A DNA stretch of 64,000 nt from assembly GCA_021790235.1 (NCBI GenBank), contig JAJYID010000002.1, positions 26,125 to 90,124 on the forward strand, given 5' to 3'. The notes under the pieces were generated by a model. That model saw only the letters and a program-made list of their open reading frames with translations. It made no database searches and was not told the origin of the DNA. Every line of letters starts with the position of its first letter. The stretch's first letter is position 1. The position numbers were made by a program, and so were the translations under genes. This document shows, in pieces, positions 26,630-36,044 of the stretch. The stretch is from a bacterium. GTDB taxonomy: Bacteria; Patescibacteriota; CPR2; UBA1875; JAJYID01.

Positions 26630-28306
26630 TTGGGCGATATAGAAAACCGAGATAAACTTGCTAATATCAGCAAATATTTTTCTTATTTTATATTTGTTCT
26701 CAACCTAATTATTGTTTTATTTTTTTTAATTTTGTTTTTTTTGACCAAGAGGAGCGCGACCTCAAATATCCTCATCCAAATTATTGCAGGGGTTGCATCC
26801 TTTGGAATTCTTGTTTTCTTTATATCATTAGCACTCTCTATCAATAAAAAGGAGCCTAAGTCAAACTTTATAATGCAAGCTTCTTTTGTTTTCATTTATT
26901 TTATTGCCCTTCTAGAGTTAACCGGCGGGGTAAAAAGCATCTTTTTCCCCTTTGCATACTTGCTTTTGATACTGACAGCATTTTATTCTTTGATTGTAAT
27001 TCTATTTGTGGGGTTTGTGCTGTTTTTGTATGTTGTATACCACGGATTAATTTGGGACGGCAGTTTGCAATCTTTTATTTCTTCAAATATTTCAAATCTC
27101 TTAGCTCTTATCACTATTGGAGGTTTTTCAACTTTCATAGGAATTAAATATAGAGAAAGTATTAAAGGAAAATTAAGCCTCGAAGAATTTTCTAAGGACT
27201 TTTCAATTGATAGATCAAAAGATGAGGCTATTTTCGCCAACATTGGTGACGGTATATATGCAGTAAATACAAAAAGAGAAATGATACTTTTTAACCAAAG
27301 CGCGGAAAATATCACAGGCTGGAAATCGAAAGACACTTTAGGGCTTTCATGCAAGGAAATTATGAATTTTAAAAATGAACAGAGTGTAAGCGTATGTGAT
27401 AAAGATTGTCCGGCGCTCGCAGTTTGGAATACAGGAGAAAATATCACAAGAGATGACCTCTGTTTTTTTGGCAGAGATAAGAGAGACACCCGCCTCGAAG
27501 GAACTTACGCACCTATAAAAGACAAGGATGGCAAAGTTACAGGAGCTGTCTGTGTTTTTCGCGATATTACTAAAAAGAAAGAAGTTGAGAGAATGAGATC
27601 GGAATTTGTTTCTACCGCTTCCCACGAACTTCGCACACCCATTACAGCAATATCTGGTTATGTAGAGTTAGCTATGAACGACAAAGTTTGTAAAGTCGAT
27701 GATAAAGCCAAAGAATATCTAACAAAAGCATTTAAAACTACCACATCTATGTCTGAACTCATTAAAAATCTCTTAGTTGTTACAAAAATAGAAGACAGAA
27801 AGATTGAGTACCACATCACAAATTTTCCTGTGAAAGATCTGGCAGATGAGGTTATAGAAGTTTTTTCTGGAAAAGCCAAAGAAAAAAATGTCGAGTTGAG
27901 GTTCGATTCAAACCTAAACCTCACTGTAAAAGGCAAAGTCATCGGACGATCTTTAAATGTAAGGGCTGACAGAGAACAAATCAGAGAAGTACTAAATAAT
28001 CTAGTGGAGAATGCTATTAAATTTACATCGAATGGAGAAATCACTGTTTCAATAAGTTATGATAATGACTTCGCTACAGTGTGTGTCAAAGACAGCGGAG
28101 TCGGTATACCAGAGTCTGGCCAGAAACATCTTTTTGAGAAATTTTATCAAGTGGATAACTCAGCTACGAGAGAAGTTGGAGGTACAGGACTTGGCTTATA
28201 TATCACAAGATCAATTATTGAAGCATTTGGAGGCAGAATTTGGGTAGAGAGTATAGAAGGCCAAGGCAGCCAGTTTTTCTTTACTATCCCAAGAGCTCTC
28301 GAGTAA
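26630..28306 (+). CDS. sensor histidine kinase (multi-TM, PAS, HisKA, HATPase_c)
   Basis: There are about 6 TM helices and a PAS-like region. The H-box is SHELRTPITAISGY, and N, G1 and G2 boxes are present (NLVENAIKFT, DSGVGIP, GGTGLGLYI). TTG start. Confidence 0.9.
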   Translation: MGDIENRDKLANISKYFSYFIFVLNLIIVLFFLILFFLTKRSATSNILIQIIAGVASFGILVFFISLALSINKKEPKSNFIMQASFVFIYFIALLELTGGVKSIFFPFAYLLLILTAFYSLIVILFVGFVLFLYVVYHGLIWDGSLQSFISSNISNLLALITIGGFSTFIGIKYRESIKGKLSLEEFSKDFSIDRSKDEAIFANIGDGIYAVNTKREMILFNQSAENITGWKSKDTLGLSCKEIMNFKNEQSVSVCDKDCPALAVWNTGENITRDDLCFFGRDKRDTRLEGTYAPIKDKDGKVTGAVCVFRDITKKKEVERMRSEFVSTASHELRTPITAISGYVELAMNDKVCKVDDKAKEYLTKAFKTTTSMSELIKNLLVVTKIEDRKIEYHITNFPVKDLADEVIEVFSGKAKEKNVELRFDSNLNLTVKGKVIGRSLNVRADREQIREVLNNLVENAIKFTSNGEITVSISYDNDFATVCVKDSGVGIPESGQKHLFEKFYQVDNSATREVGGTGLGLYITRSIIEAFGGRIWVESIEGQGSQFFFTIPRALE

Positions 28307-28356
28307 GTCTTGCATTATAAACAGTTTTTAAATAATATTGTTTTTAAGAGAAAATA

Positions 28357-28749
28357 ATGATGACAAAAGTATTATTAGTTGAGGATGATATAGCCCTTAG
28401 AGAAATTTATTCAGCCAGGTTTACAGCTGAAAACTTTGAAGTAATAACGGCTGATGATGGAGAACAGGCACTTTCTCAAGCTATAAAAGAAAGGCCCGAT
28501 ATTATTATTCTTGATATCATGATGCCAAAAATCTCAGGCTTTGACGTTCTGGATATCCTAAGATCCACACCGGAAACGAAAAATGTAAAGGTTATCGTTA
28601 TGAGCGCTTTGTCACAGGAATCAGATATTCAGAAAGGAAAGCAGCTCGGCGCCGATGCCTATCTGGTAAAATCTCAAACTACCCTGTCTGATGTGGTTAA
28701 TAAGGTCCAAGAAATCCTTGCAAAACCGCCAAGGGGAGCAAGCGCGTAA
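28357..28749 (+). CDS. response regulator, receiver domain only
   Basis: LLVEDD, DIIILDIMMPKISGFD and MSAL ... K give a CheY-like pattern. 130 aa with no output domain. Confidence 0.9.
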   Translation: MMTKVLLVEDDIALREIYSARFTAENFEVITADDGEQALSQAIKERPDIIILDIMMPKISGFDVLDILRSTPETKNVKVIVMSALSQESDIQKGKQLGADAYLVKSQTTLSDVVNKVQEILAKPPRGASA

Positions 28750-28845
28750 ATTTTCTACTAAACCGAAATTCGAAAGATCCCCTGTCGAGGGTTTTTTATT
28801 AGCCAATTTAAGTAAAGATGGTATAATTTTCAAAGCAAGGAAAAC

Positions 28846-30147
28846 ATGAAAAGAGTCTTAAGTTCTGAGATAAATAAAAATATCGGAAAGGAAATCCTGC
28901 TTGAGGGCTGGATCCACAAACTTCGAAAGCTTGGCGGAATAAGCTTTATAGTCCTCCGCGATCGAGCCGGACTGGCTCAAGCTGTAATTGACGGGGCAAA
29001 AGAAAACGATAAGCTAAAGGAGTTGACTACCGAAACGGTTGTGAAAATTACCGGTAAAGTCGTTAAAGAAGAAAGAGCCCCACATGGTGCCGAACTGCAT
29101 GATGCAAAGATTGAAATTCTCTCACCAGTCAAGGAAGATATCCCGATTGCAATTAACAAGAAGGAGATGAATGTCAATCTGGATACTTTGCTCGACAATA
29201 GACCCATTACACTCAGAAACCCCAAACAAAGGGCGATTTTCAAGGTTCAAAGAGAAATCCTCGATGCATTTCGTTCCTTTTTTGAAGAACATGAATTCAC
29301 AGAAGTAAATACACCAAAAATTGTCCGTTCAGGCGCTGAGACGGGCGGAGCCGAAATGTTTGAGGTCAAGTATTTCAAGAGGAAAGCCTTGCTTGCCCAA
29401 AGTCCACAACTGTATAAACAAATTATGGCCGGCGTTTACGAGAGGGTTTTCGAGACAGCCTACGTTTACCGCGCAGAACCCCATGCCACCTCAAGGCATA
29501 TAAACGAATACATGAGCTTGGACATGGAAATGGCCTTTATCAACAGTTGGGAAGACCTAATAGACATACACCAGGATTTGGTAAAATATATGATTGAGTG
29601 GCTCGAAAAAAAATCAAAAGAAGATTTTAAGCTGCTCGGCGCTACCATTCCCAAGTATGTCAAAATTCCACAGCTGAAATTGAGAGAAGCCCAGGAAATT
29701 CTCAAAAAAGAGTATGGAGAGAAATGTATCGGAGACCCAGACCTCGAACCGAAACATGAGAGACAAATTTGTGAATATACTGCAAAAAAATACGGCAGCG
29801 ACTTTGTGTTTATCACCCATTATGCAAGCAAAAAGAGACCATTTTATACAATGGATGATCCTCAAAACCCGGAAGAAACACTTAGTTTTGATGTTCTTTT
29901 CAGGGGAGTTGAGATCACGACCGGTGGGCAAAGAATGCATCTATATGCAGATTATCAAAGCAAAATGAAAAAACGAGGAATGAGTGAGGAAGGTTTCGAA
30001 GATTATCTTTCAATCTTCAAGTACGGCATGCCCCCGCATGGCGGATTTTGCCACGGCCTGGAACGATTGACTATGAAATTTTTGAATTTGAGCAATATAA
30101 AAGAAGCCAGCCTTTTCCCGCGCGACATTAACCGCCTGAGGCCATAA
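28846..30147 (+). CDS. aspS: aspartate--tRNA ligase, archaeal/type-2 form
   Basis: 433 aa with an N-terminal OB fold. Class II motifs are QSPQLYKQ, FRAEPHATSRHINEYMSLDMEMAF and GGFCHGLERL. Confidence 0.9.
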   Translation: MKRVLSSEINKNIGKEILLEGWIHKLRKLGGISFIVLRDRAGLAQAVIDGAKENDKLKELTTETVVKITGKVVKEERAPHGAELHDAKIEILSPVKEDIPIAINKKEMNVNLDTLLDNRPITLRNPKQRAIFKVQREILDAFRSFFEEHEFTEVNTPKIVRSGAETGGAEMFEVKYFKRKALLAQSPQLYKQIMAGVYERVFETAYVYRAEPHATSRHINEYMSLDMEMAFINSWEDLIDIHQDLVKYMIEWLEKKSKEDFKLLGATIPKYVKIPQLKLREAQEILKKEYGEKCIGDPDLEPKHERQICEYTAKKYGSDFVFITHYASKKRPFYTMDDPQNPEETLSFDVLFRGVEITTGGQRMHLYADYQSKMKKRGMSEEGFEDYLSIFKYGMPPHGGFCHGLERLTMKFLNLSNIKEASLFPRDINRLRP

Positions 30148-30834
30148 ATGCTAGCCGTGAGGGATAAAACATTTGAGGGACCGCTTGATCTTCTTTTAAG
30201 TTTAATTGAAAAGGAAAAGCTTGATATTTCAAAAATTTCTTTGGCAAAGATAACGAACGATTATCTTGATAAGATTCAGAAAATGAATATCTCCTCCGAG
30301 AAGTTGGCTGAATTCCTAGTTGTTGCATCCAAGCTTTTGTATCTAAAAAGCCAGGCTGTCCTGCCACCCCTATCACCCGAGGAAGAAGAAGTCGAAGATC
30401 TGGAAACACAGCTTAAAGAATACAAAAAATTCAAGGGGCTTTCTCTAAAGTTTGCGGAAATCATCGATCAAAACCAGCGCTCCTTCGAACCGGGTGTCAG
30501 AAATTTTCAAACAGACTTATTTCTGCCTCCAGTCGGTATAGATCTCACATATTTAATGAATGTTTTAAATGACATTTTGAAACGCATGCCAAAGGAAGAA
30601 AAAAAAGAGGAGAGAAAAGTGGAGGTCAAGGTCACGCTTGAGGAAAAGCTAGAACAGCTGCAAACCCTAATTAAGAAGAATAAAAAGTTTTCATTCCATT
30701 CCATCGTCAAGGAATCAAGGAGCAGGGGGGAAGTAATAGTGACTTTTTTGGCATTGCTTGAAATGATAAAAAGAAAAACCGTCAAAGTCCACCAGACGAA
30801 AAATTTTGGCGATTTAACCGTACAGGGAATATAA
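30148..30834 (+). CDS. scpA: segregation and condensation protein A
   Basis: FEGPLDLLLSLIEKEKLDISKISLAKITNDYL is a typical ScpA N-terminus. Confidence 0.9.
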   Translation: MLAVRDKTFEGPLDLLLSLIEKEKLDISKISLAKITNDYLDKIQKMNISSEKLAEFLVVASKLLYLKSQAVLPPLSPEEEEVEDLETQLKEYKKFKGLSLKFAEIIDQNQRSFEPGVRNFQTDLFLPPVGIDLTYLMNVLNDILKRMPKEEKKEERKVEVKVTLEEKLEQLQTLIKKNKKFSFHSIVKESRSRGEVIVTFLALLEMIKRKTVKVHQTKNFGDLTVQGI

Positions 30835-30909
30835 AATGACTACTTTTAATGCCACTTGCTATGCTCTAATGTTTTTGCAAAAAGGAATTTATAAAGAAAG
30901 GGTAGTGGA

Positions 30910-31425
30910 ATGCCAAAAAGCAACCTAAAATCACAAATCGAAAGTCTGCTGCTTGCCTCCGGAAAGCCCATTTCATTGAAGGAAATGGCGCGCATCATCG
31001 GACAGAACATGGTGGACATTCAAAAAGAGATTAATTCTTTGACTCAAGAATATAGGGAGCGGGGGCTTCGCATCATTAAACAGGGCGAGAGCTACTTTAT
31101 GGTAACGGCCAGAGAAAACGCGGAAACAGTCGCAAAATTTCTAAATGAGGAGCTGCGCTACGAGCTTTCACCAGCGGCACTCGAAGTGCTGGCAATTGTT
31201 GTCTATAAACAGCCGATTACCAGAGCAGAAATAGAAGACATACGCGGCGCCGACTCGTCAAAGTCGCTCAGAACTCTTATGATGCGAGGATTAATTTGTG
31301 AAACGGGACGAAAAGAAGCTCCAGGCCGGCCAATCCTCTACGGCACAACAGTGAAGATGATGGCATATTTAGGAATAGAGAATGAAAAACAACTGCCGAG
31401 ATTAGAAGAGCTCCAATCAGCTTAA
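30910..31425 (+). CDS. scpB: segregation and condensation protein B
   Basis: Has IESLLLASGKPISLKEMA, LEVLAIVVYKQPITRAEIEDIRG and PGRPILYGTT. Confidence 0.9.
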   Translation: MPKSNLKSQIESLLLASGKPISLKEMARIIGQNMVDIQKEINSLTQEYRERGLRIIKQGESYFMVTARENAETVAKFLNEELRYELSPAALEVLAIVVYKQPITRAEIEDIRGADSSKSLRTLMMRGLICETGRKEAPGRPILYGTTVKMMAYLGIENEKQLPRLEELQSA

Positions 31426-32093
31426 TGAGAATTAACCAATATATCTCAAGAAGTACAGGATATTCCCGCCGCAAGGCCGAAGAGTTAATTTTGGCTGAAA
31501 AAGTTAAAGTAAATGACGAAATAGTTCGTGATCTGTCTACACAAATTCAAAGTTCAGATAAAGTATATTTGAATGGTAAACTAATCAAGCCACAGAAATT
31601 TGTTTACTATGCGCTCAATAAACCGGTCGGTTATACCACAACCATCGCTGACCCTCACGCAGAAAAGCTAATTACAGAGCTTGTACCGAAGGATCCGCCC
31701 GTTTTTCCGGTCGGCCGTCTAGACAAGGAAACCTCTGGCTTAATTTTTATCACAAATGACGGCGATTTCGCCCAGAAAATGACCCATCCAAAGTACGAGA
31801 AAGAAAAAGAATATATCGTCGAAACTAATAATAAATTATCAGATGAATCTTTAAATAAATTACGAAACGGAATTATACTAAAGGACGGCATGACCGCACC
31901 TGCCAAGGTTCGGAACCTTGGCAGTAAAAAATATTCGATCATTATTCACGAGGGCCGAAACCGCCAAATCCGTCGTATGATCGAAGCCGCCGGAGCAAAA
32001 GTGGTCAGTTTGAAAAGAATTAGAATTGGAGACTTTGAACTGGAAGATTTGAAGGAAGGAAAATATAAGAAATTTGATAAAATAGAACTATGA
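31425..32093 (+). CDS. pseudouridine synthase, RsuA/RluB family
   Basis: S4 domain MRINQYISRSTGYSRRKAEELI, catalytic GRLDKETSGL, and HEGRNRQIRRM. Confidence 0.85.
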   Translation: MRINQYISRSTGYSRRKAEELILAEKVKVNDEIVRDLSTQIQSSDKVYLNGKLIKPQKFVYYALNKPVGYTTTIADPHAEKLITELVPKDPPVFPVGRLDKETSGLIFITNDGDFAQKMTHPKYEKEKEYIVETNNKLSDESLNKLRNGIILKDGMTAPAKVRNLGSKKYSIIIHEGRNRQIRRMIEAAGAKVVSLKRIRIGDFELEDLKEGKYKKFDKIEL

Positions 32094-33013
32094 AAACTTT
32101 GATAATAGCCGCTCTGATATTCTTAGACCTAATCCCACATAGTATTCCTTATGTATCAGATATTCGAAAAGGTCTCGAAAATAAGGTTAGGGTGGAAACG
32201 CATCAGGTTACAGACAAGACCAATAAACCACCTAATTTCTCACCCTTGCCTTATCAAAACAATAAATACTACACCCTGACCGCAAACGCCAAGGCATATA
32301 TGGCAATTGATATGGGAACGGGAGAGACTTTGTTGCAAAAAAATCAGGGCCAAAAACTTGAGATCGCCAGCCTAACGAAGTTAATGACAGCGCGGTTGCT
32401 TTTGCAAGATGGGGATTTAAACAAAACTGTCATGGTTAAGGCAAGGGACTTAAATAAAGTGCCGGCCGAGGAGGCCAGAATGTGGCTAGCCGTAGGCGAC
32501 AAAGTCACATACAACACTCTGCTCCACGGCCTTTTAATAAATTCCGGCGCCGATGCTGCCGTAACAATTGCCGACAACCTATATCCGGGTGGTTACAGCG
32601 AATTTATTGCTAAAATGAATAATGAGGCGCAAAGTATGAAACTGGATAGCACTCACTATGATAATCCCGTGGGATGGGACAGTACACAAAATTATTCTAC
32701 CGCTCAAGACCTAGAAATCCTGGCAAGAACATTGCTTCAAAACGGCACTTTCAACAAAGTCGTTGGTACAAAAAGCGAAACCGTATATTCCGAGAACGGC
32801 AGGCCATATAATCTGCAAAATACCAATGAACTCCTTGGCATCGACAATATTTTTGGCGTCAAAACCGGCTTTACAAATAGCGCGGGTGAGTGTCTTATCA
32901 CCGCCGGCAAAGTCAAAGGACAGGACGTTTTGACGATTGTACTAGATACAGGAGATAGGTTCGGGCAGACAAAAAATCTTCTTTCTTGGGCAGATTTGGT
33001 GTACAATTGGTAA
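32090..33013 (+). CDS. D-alanyl-D-alanine carboxypeptidase paralogue (S11) with altered SxN motif
   Basis: IASLTKLMT (SxxK) and KTGFT are present. The SxN position reads NSGADAA, with Ala in place of Asn. Confidence 0.75.
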   Translation: MKTLIIAALIFLDLIPHSIPYVSDIRKGLENKVRVETHQVTDKTNKPPNFSPLPYQNNKYYTLTANAKAYMAIDMGTGETLLQKNQGQKLEIASLTKLMTARLLLQDGDLNKTVMVKARDLNKVPAEEARMWLAVGDKVTYNTLLHGLLINSGADAAVTIADNLYPGGYSEFIAKMNNEAQSMKLDSTHYDNPVGWDSTQNYSTAQDLEILARTLLQNGTFNKVVGTKSETVYSENGRPYNLQNTNELLGIDNIFGVKTGFTNSAGECLITAGKVKGQDVLTIVLDTGDRFGQTKNLLSWADLVYNW

Positions 33014-33021
33014 TCACGGAT

Positions 33022-33123
33022 CAAATTCTAAGCACTAAATCCTAAATCCGAAACAAATTCAAATAACCTAAACAAGTGTTTAGAAAAGAAGATATTGTTT
33101 AGACTTTAGATATTAGAATTTTG
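33022..33123. repeat. long imperfect inverted repeat
   Basis: CAAATTCTAAGCACTAAATCCTAAATCCGAAACAA (33022-33056) against TTGTTTAGACTTTAGATATTAGAATTTTG (33095-33123). Confidence 0.45.
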
Positions 33124-33184
33124 AATTTAAAGTCAGCAAATCACATAGGTTCCCGCCTTTGTGGGAATAATAGGAGAAAAACCA

Positions 33185-34552
33185 ATGTTCAAGGTTGCCT
33201 TGGTCGGACGGCCGAATGTCGGCAAAAGTTCGATATACAACCGAATTATAGGTAAAAAACAAGCCATTACCACTGATGTTCCCGGTACCACGCGTGACTG
33301 GAATGAGGAAATCGTTGAGCTGGAAGGTGGGGTTTTTGATCTTGCCGACACTGCAGGCATAGAAAAGCATGCCAAAGAAGAGTTAAAAAAGAAAGTTAAA
33401 GACCAATTTGACCAAAACATCGAATCGGTTGATTTAATATTTTTTGTCGTCGATGCTTCAACTGGAATTACTTCGGAAGATCAAAGCATTACCGATTATT
33501 TAAGAAAGTTGAAAAAAGAAGTTTCGCTAGTCGTAAATAAAACCGATTTAGCCAAAAGCCAATCCGAGATAACAGAGTTTTATAAACTTGGTTTTGGCAA
33601 GCCAGTGCAAGTTTCAGCCAAAAGAAAAACAGGTACTAATCAGATTATTAAAGCTATGAAAGAATTTGCTAGCGAGACTAACAAGGTTCAACCGCACACA
33701 GGGCTGAACCTTACAAAGCAAAAAGTGCCTGCAATTCAGGTTTCTATCCTTGGGCGGCCAAATGCCGGAAAGTCTTCCTTCCTAAACAAACTGATTAATG
33801 AGGAAAAGTTTATCGTCAGTGAAGTTCCCGGCACCACACGAGATGTGAACTCGACTGAAGTTGCATACAAAAATTATGAAATAATCTTTCTGGATACGGC
33901 CGGCCTGAGACGCCGAGGTAAAATAGGAAAGATGCCGGGTAAAAATCGTGAAGGAATAGTTGAAAAATTCTCGGCCGATAGAACAAAGGGAGCTTTGGAA
34001 GAATCAGATATCGCTATTTTAATCATTGATGCCACCGACGGCATCACTTCGCAAGACATGCACGTGGCCGGTTTTATAAAGGATGCAGGCAAAGGAGTGA
34101 TTATTGTAGTAAATAAGTGGGATTTAGCCGACAAAGGCTTCCAACATAGTTTTGACGAAGTTGAAAGCTTTACCCGGCTGGCTCGGTATAAATTTGAATT
34201 TTTGCCATACGCTCCTTTAATCTTTGTTTCATCTCAAACGGGCAAGAATGTGCAAAAAGTTTTAGATTTGATATTAGAAATTAAGGAAAAGAGAGAACAG
34301 AGAATTCCAACAGCAGAGTTGAATAATTTCTTAACTAAAATTTTATATACTAAGCCGCCGGTTTCAATCGACAAACACCAAGTGAATATAAAATATGCGA
34401 CACAAGTGGATACAAATCCTCCGTCATTTGTCTTTTTCGCAAACTACCCGGAGAAGGTGCATTTCTCATACCGGCGCTACCTCGAAAATCGCATTCGTGA
34501 AAACTGGGACTTTACCGGCACACCGATAAAAATCACCTTCAAAGCAAAATGA
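33185..34552 (+). CDS. der: ribosome biogenesis GTPase Der (EngA)
   Basis: Two G domains (GRPNVGKSS...DTAG; GRPNAGKSS...DTAG...NKWD) and a KH-like tail. The ATG at 33185 (MFKVALVG) is preferred. Confidence 0.95.
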   Translation: MFKVALVGRPNVGKSSIYNRIIGKKQAITTDVPGTTRDWNEEIVELEGGVFDLADTAGIEKHAKEELKKKVKDQFDQNIESVDLIFFVVDASTGITSEDQSITDYLRKLKKEVSLVVNKTDLAKSQSEITEFYKLGFGKPVQVSAKRKTGTNQIIKAMKEFASETNKVQPHTGLNLTKQKVPAIQVSILGRPNAGKSSFLNKLINEEKFIVSEVPGTTRDVNSTEVAYKNYEIIFLDTAGLRRRGKIGKMPGKNREGIVEKFSADRTKGALEESDIAILIIDATDGITSQDMHVAGFIKDAGKGVIIVVNKWDLADKGFQHSFDEVESFTRLARYKFEFLPYAPLIFVSSQTGKNVQKVLDLILEIKEKREQRIPTAELNNFLTKILYTKPPVSIDKHQVNIKYATQVDTNPPSFVFFANYPEKVHFSYRRYLENRIRENWDFTGTPIKITFKAK

Positions 34553-34577
34553 TTCGTGATACAAAAACTTCCTTAGT

Positions 34578-34615
34578 GTCATCCCGAGAGCAGCGATAGC
34601 GGAGCCGAGGGATCC
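34578..34615 (+). repeat. hairpin repeat, GTCATyCCGAG family
   Basis: GTCATCCCGAGAGCAGCGATAGCGGAGCCGAGGGATCC. Confidence 0.6.
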
Positions 34616-34624
34616 TTTTCCTTT

Positions 34625-34652
34625 CCTGTCGTTCTGAACTTGATTCAGAATC
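34625..34652 (+). repeat. hairpin repeat type B (CCTGTCG...TTCAGAATC)
   Basis: CCTGTCGTTCTGAACTTGATTCAGAATC has a perfect TTCTGAA/TTCAGAA stem. A related copy lies at 55822-55858. Confidence 0.55.
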
Positions 34653-34710
34653 TATATAGCTGTTGATTCAATATTGATGATTTGTATCGAGCCCGGGAAG
34701 TACTACAGAC

Positions 34711-34758
34711 AGCACCTGGTTATAACCTCGAGGTGAATTAGACGCCCCCGAGAACCGG
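34711..34758 (+). repeat. copy X3 of the tRNA-3'-end-like repeat
   Basis: AGCACCTGGTTATAACCTCGAGGTGAATTAGACGCCCCCGAGAACCGG aligns with 41121-41166, AGCACCTGGTTCGAGTAAGTGCCGATTACGCCCACCAGAAAACCGG. Confidence 0.5.
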
Positions 34759-34956
34759 GATCAGTCCTTCTGGGGAGATGTCTTTGTCAGGAGTATCTTC
34801 TTCGAGGATCTGGAAGCAAAGGGCTTCGGGACAAGGCAGAGCATGCTGGAACCAGGAGAATCCCGAGAAAGAGAAGGATTCACGATCAGGGAAGTACAAC
34901 TCCTAAGCGAGGATGAATTCGAGCAGCTTCTGTTCGACTGGGCATGGATCTAGTGA
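34726..34956 (+). pseudogene. GC-rich gene remnant without a start codon
   Basis: Open frame PRGELDAPENRDQSFWGDVFVRSIFFEDLEAKGFGTRQSMLEPGESREREGFTIREVQLLSEDEFEQLLFDWAWI-stop. A TAA lies directly upstream, there is no start or RBS, and the GC content is visibly higher than the flanks. Confidence 0.35.
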
Positions 34957-35059
34957 GGTCATCCCCCTAGAGCGGTAAAGAATAGCAATACGGAAATTGC
35001 GGTTCTTCTGAGCCGCTTTTTCCTTTGTTAGGGAACTGTTTTGGTCTATAATAATTCTT

Positions 35060-35686
35060 ATGAATGTAAAAACTTTAATAGTCGGGCTTGGGAATCCCGG
35101 CAGCAAATACGAGAAAACCAGACACAATGCCGGATTTATAGTGCTAGATTCTTTGTGTAATGATTTTAAATTTGAGAAAAAATTTAATGCGGAAATTTGC
35201 AAAGTAATTCAAAAAGGAAAGGGATTCCTCGACTCGTCGCTCCATGAAGTCGCTCGGAATGACAGAGAAGAAGCTGGTAAAATTATCTTCTTGAAACCAC
35301 AAACATTTATGAATCTATCCGGCAAAGCCGTGAAATCATTTGCCGATTTTTACAAGGTAAGCCCGAAGAACATCTGGGTTATCCATGACGACATTGATAT
35401 CCCCTTTGGTGAAATAAGAATTAAGGAAAACGGAAGCTCGGCCGGACATAAGGGCATCCAATCAATCATTGATAATCTGGGAACAGAAAATTTCTGGAGA
35501 TTTAGAATTGGTATAAAAAATGAGAAGCTGGGACAAATCGAAACAGAGGATTTCGTGCTTCAAAGATTTTGTTCTGAAGAAGAAAAAGTGTTATCGGAGA
35601 TTATTGGGAAATGCCGAAATGAAATAGAAAAGTCAATTGAAAGAGGCTTTCCTGAAAGAAAAATTACGAGTATAAAAAAATTCTAA
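35060..35686 (+). CDS. pth: peptidyl-tRNA hydrolase carrying an in-frame repeat-derived insertion
   Basis: LIVGLGNPGSKYEKTRHNAGF, FLKPQTFMNLSGKAV and HDDIDIPFG are Pth motifs. About 20 extra residues (KGFLDSSLHEVARNDREEAG) sit between them. Confidence 0.9.
   Translation: MNVKTLIVGLGNPGSKYEKTRHNAGFIVLDSLCNDFKFEKKFNAEICKVIQKGKGFLDSSLHEVARNDREEAGKIIFLKPQTFMNLSGKAVKSFADFYKVSPKNIWVIHDDIDIPFGEIRIKENGSSAGHKGIQSIIDNLGTENFWRFRIGIKNEKLGQIETEDFVLQRFCSEEEKVLSEIIGKCRNEIEKSIERGFPERKITSIKKF
35221..35263 (-). repeat. hairpin repeat, GTCATyCCGAG family, inside pth
   Basis: The rc reads GTCATTCCGAGCGACTTCATGGAGCGACGAGTCGAGGAATCCC. The stems are ATTCC/GGAAT and CGAC/GTCG. Confidence 0.65.
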
Positions 35687-35865
35687 GGGAACGACCTGCA
35701 GAAACCGTCAAGAACAGAACTGCACATTGAATATAAAATAAGAAAAGAACCAGATTGGCTCTCTTCTTATTTTCAAAAAATCTCCCGTTTACTCAACATC
35801 TGTCACGAAGACTTAACCAAGTCACTGCATGTGTGCTGACTGGCGTGTTGCAGGGAGAAACCTAC

Positions 35866-35926
35866 CAACAAGCAAGCAACTTAAAGGAGGGTGATTTAAG
35901 AAAGCTGAACTTGTTAGTAGGTTTCT
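35866..35926 (+). other. 17-bp near-perfect stem-loop in the pth-dprA intergenic region
   Basis: AGAAACCTACCAACAAG (35866-35882) pairs with CTTGTTAGTAGGTTTCT (35910-35926) with one mismatch. The 27-nt loop contains AAAGGAGGG. Confidence 0.5.
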
Positions 35927-36044
35927 AACCTACAACGTTTCATACCTGCTTTAGGGTACGATAGAACATGTTAACATATTAAATTACTTATGTCAATACT
36001 TTTTTGCAAGGAAAATTAAAAAAAGTCAAAAATCGTGCTTAAAA

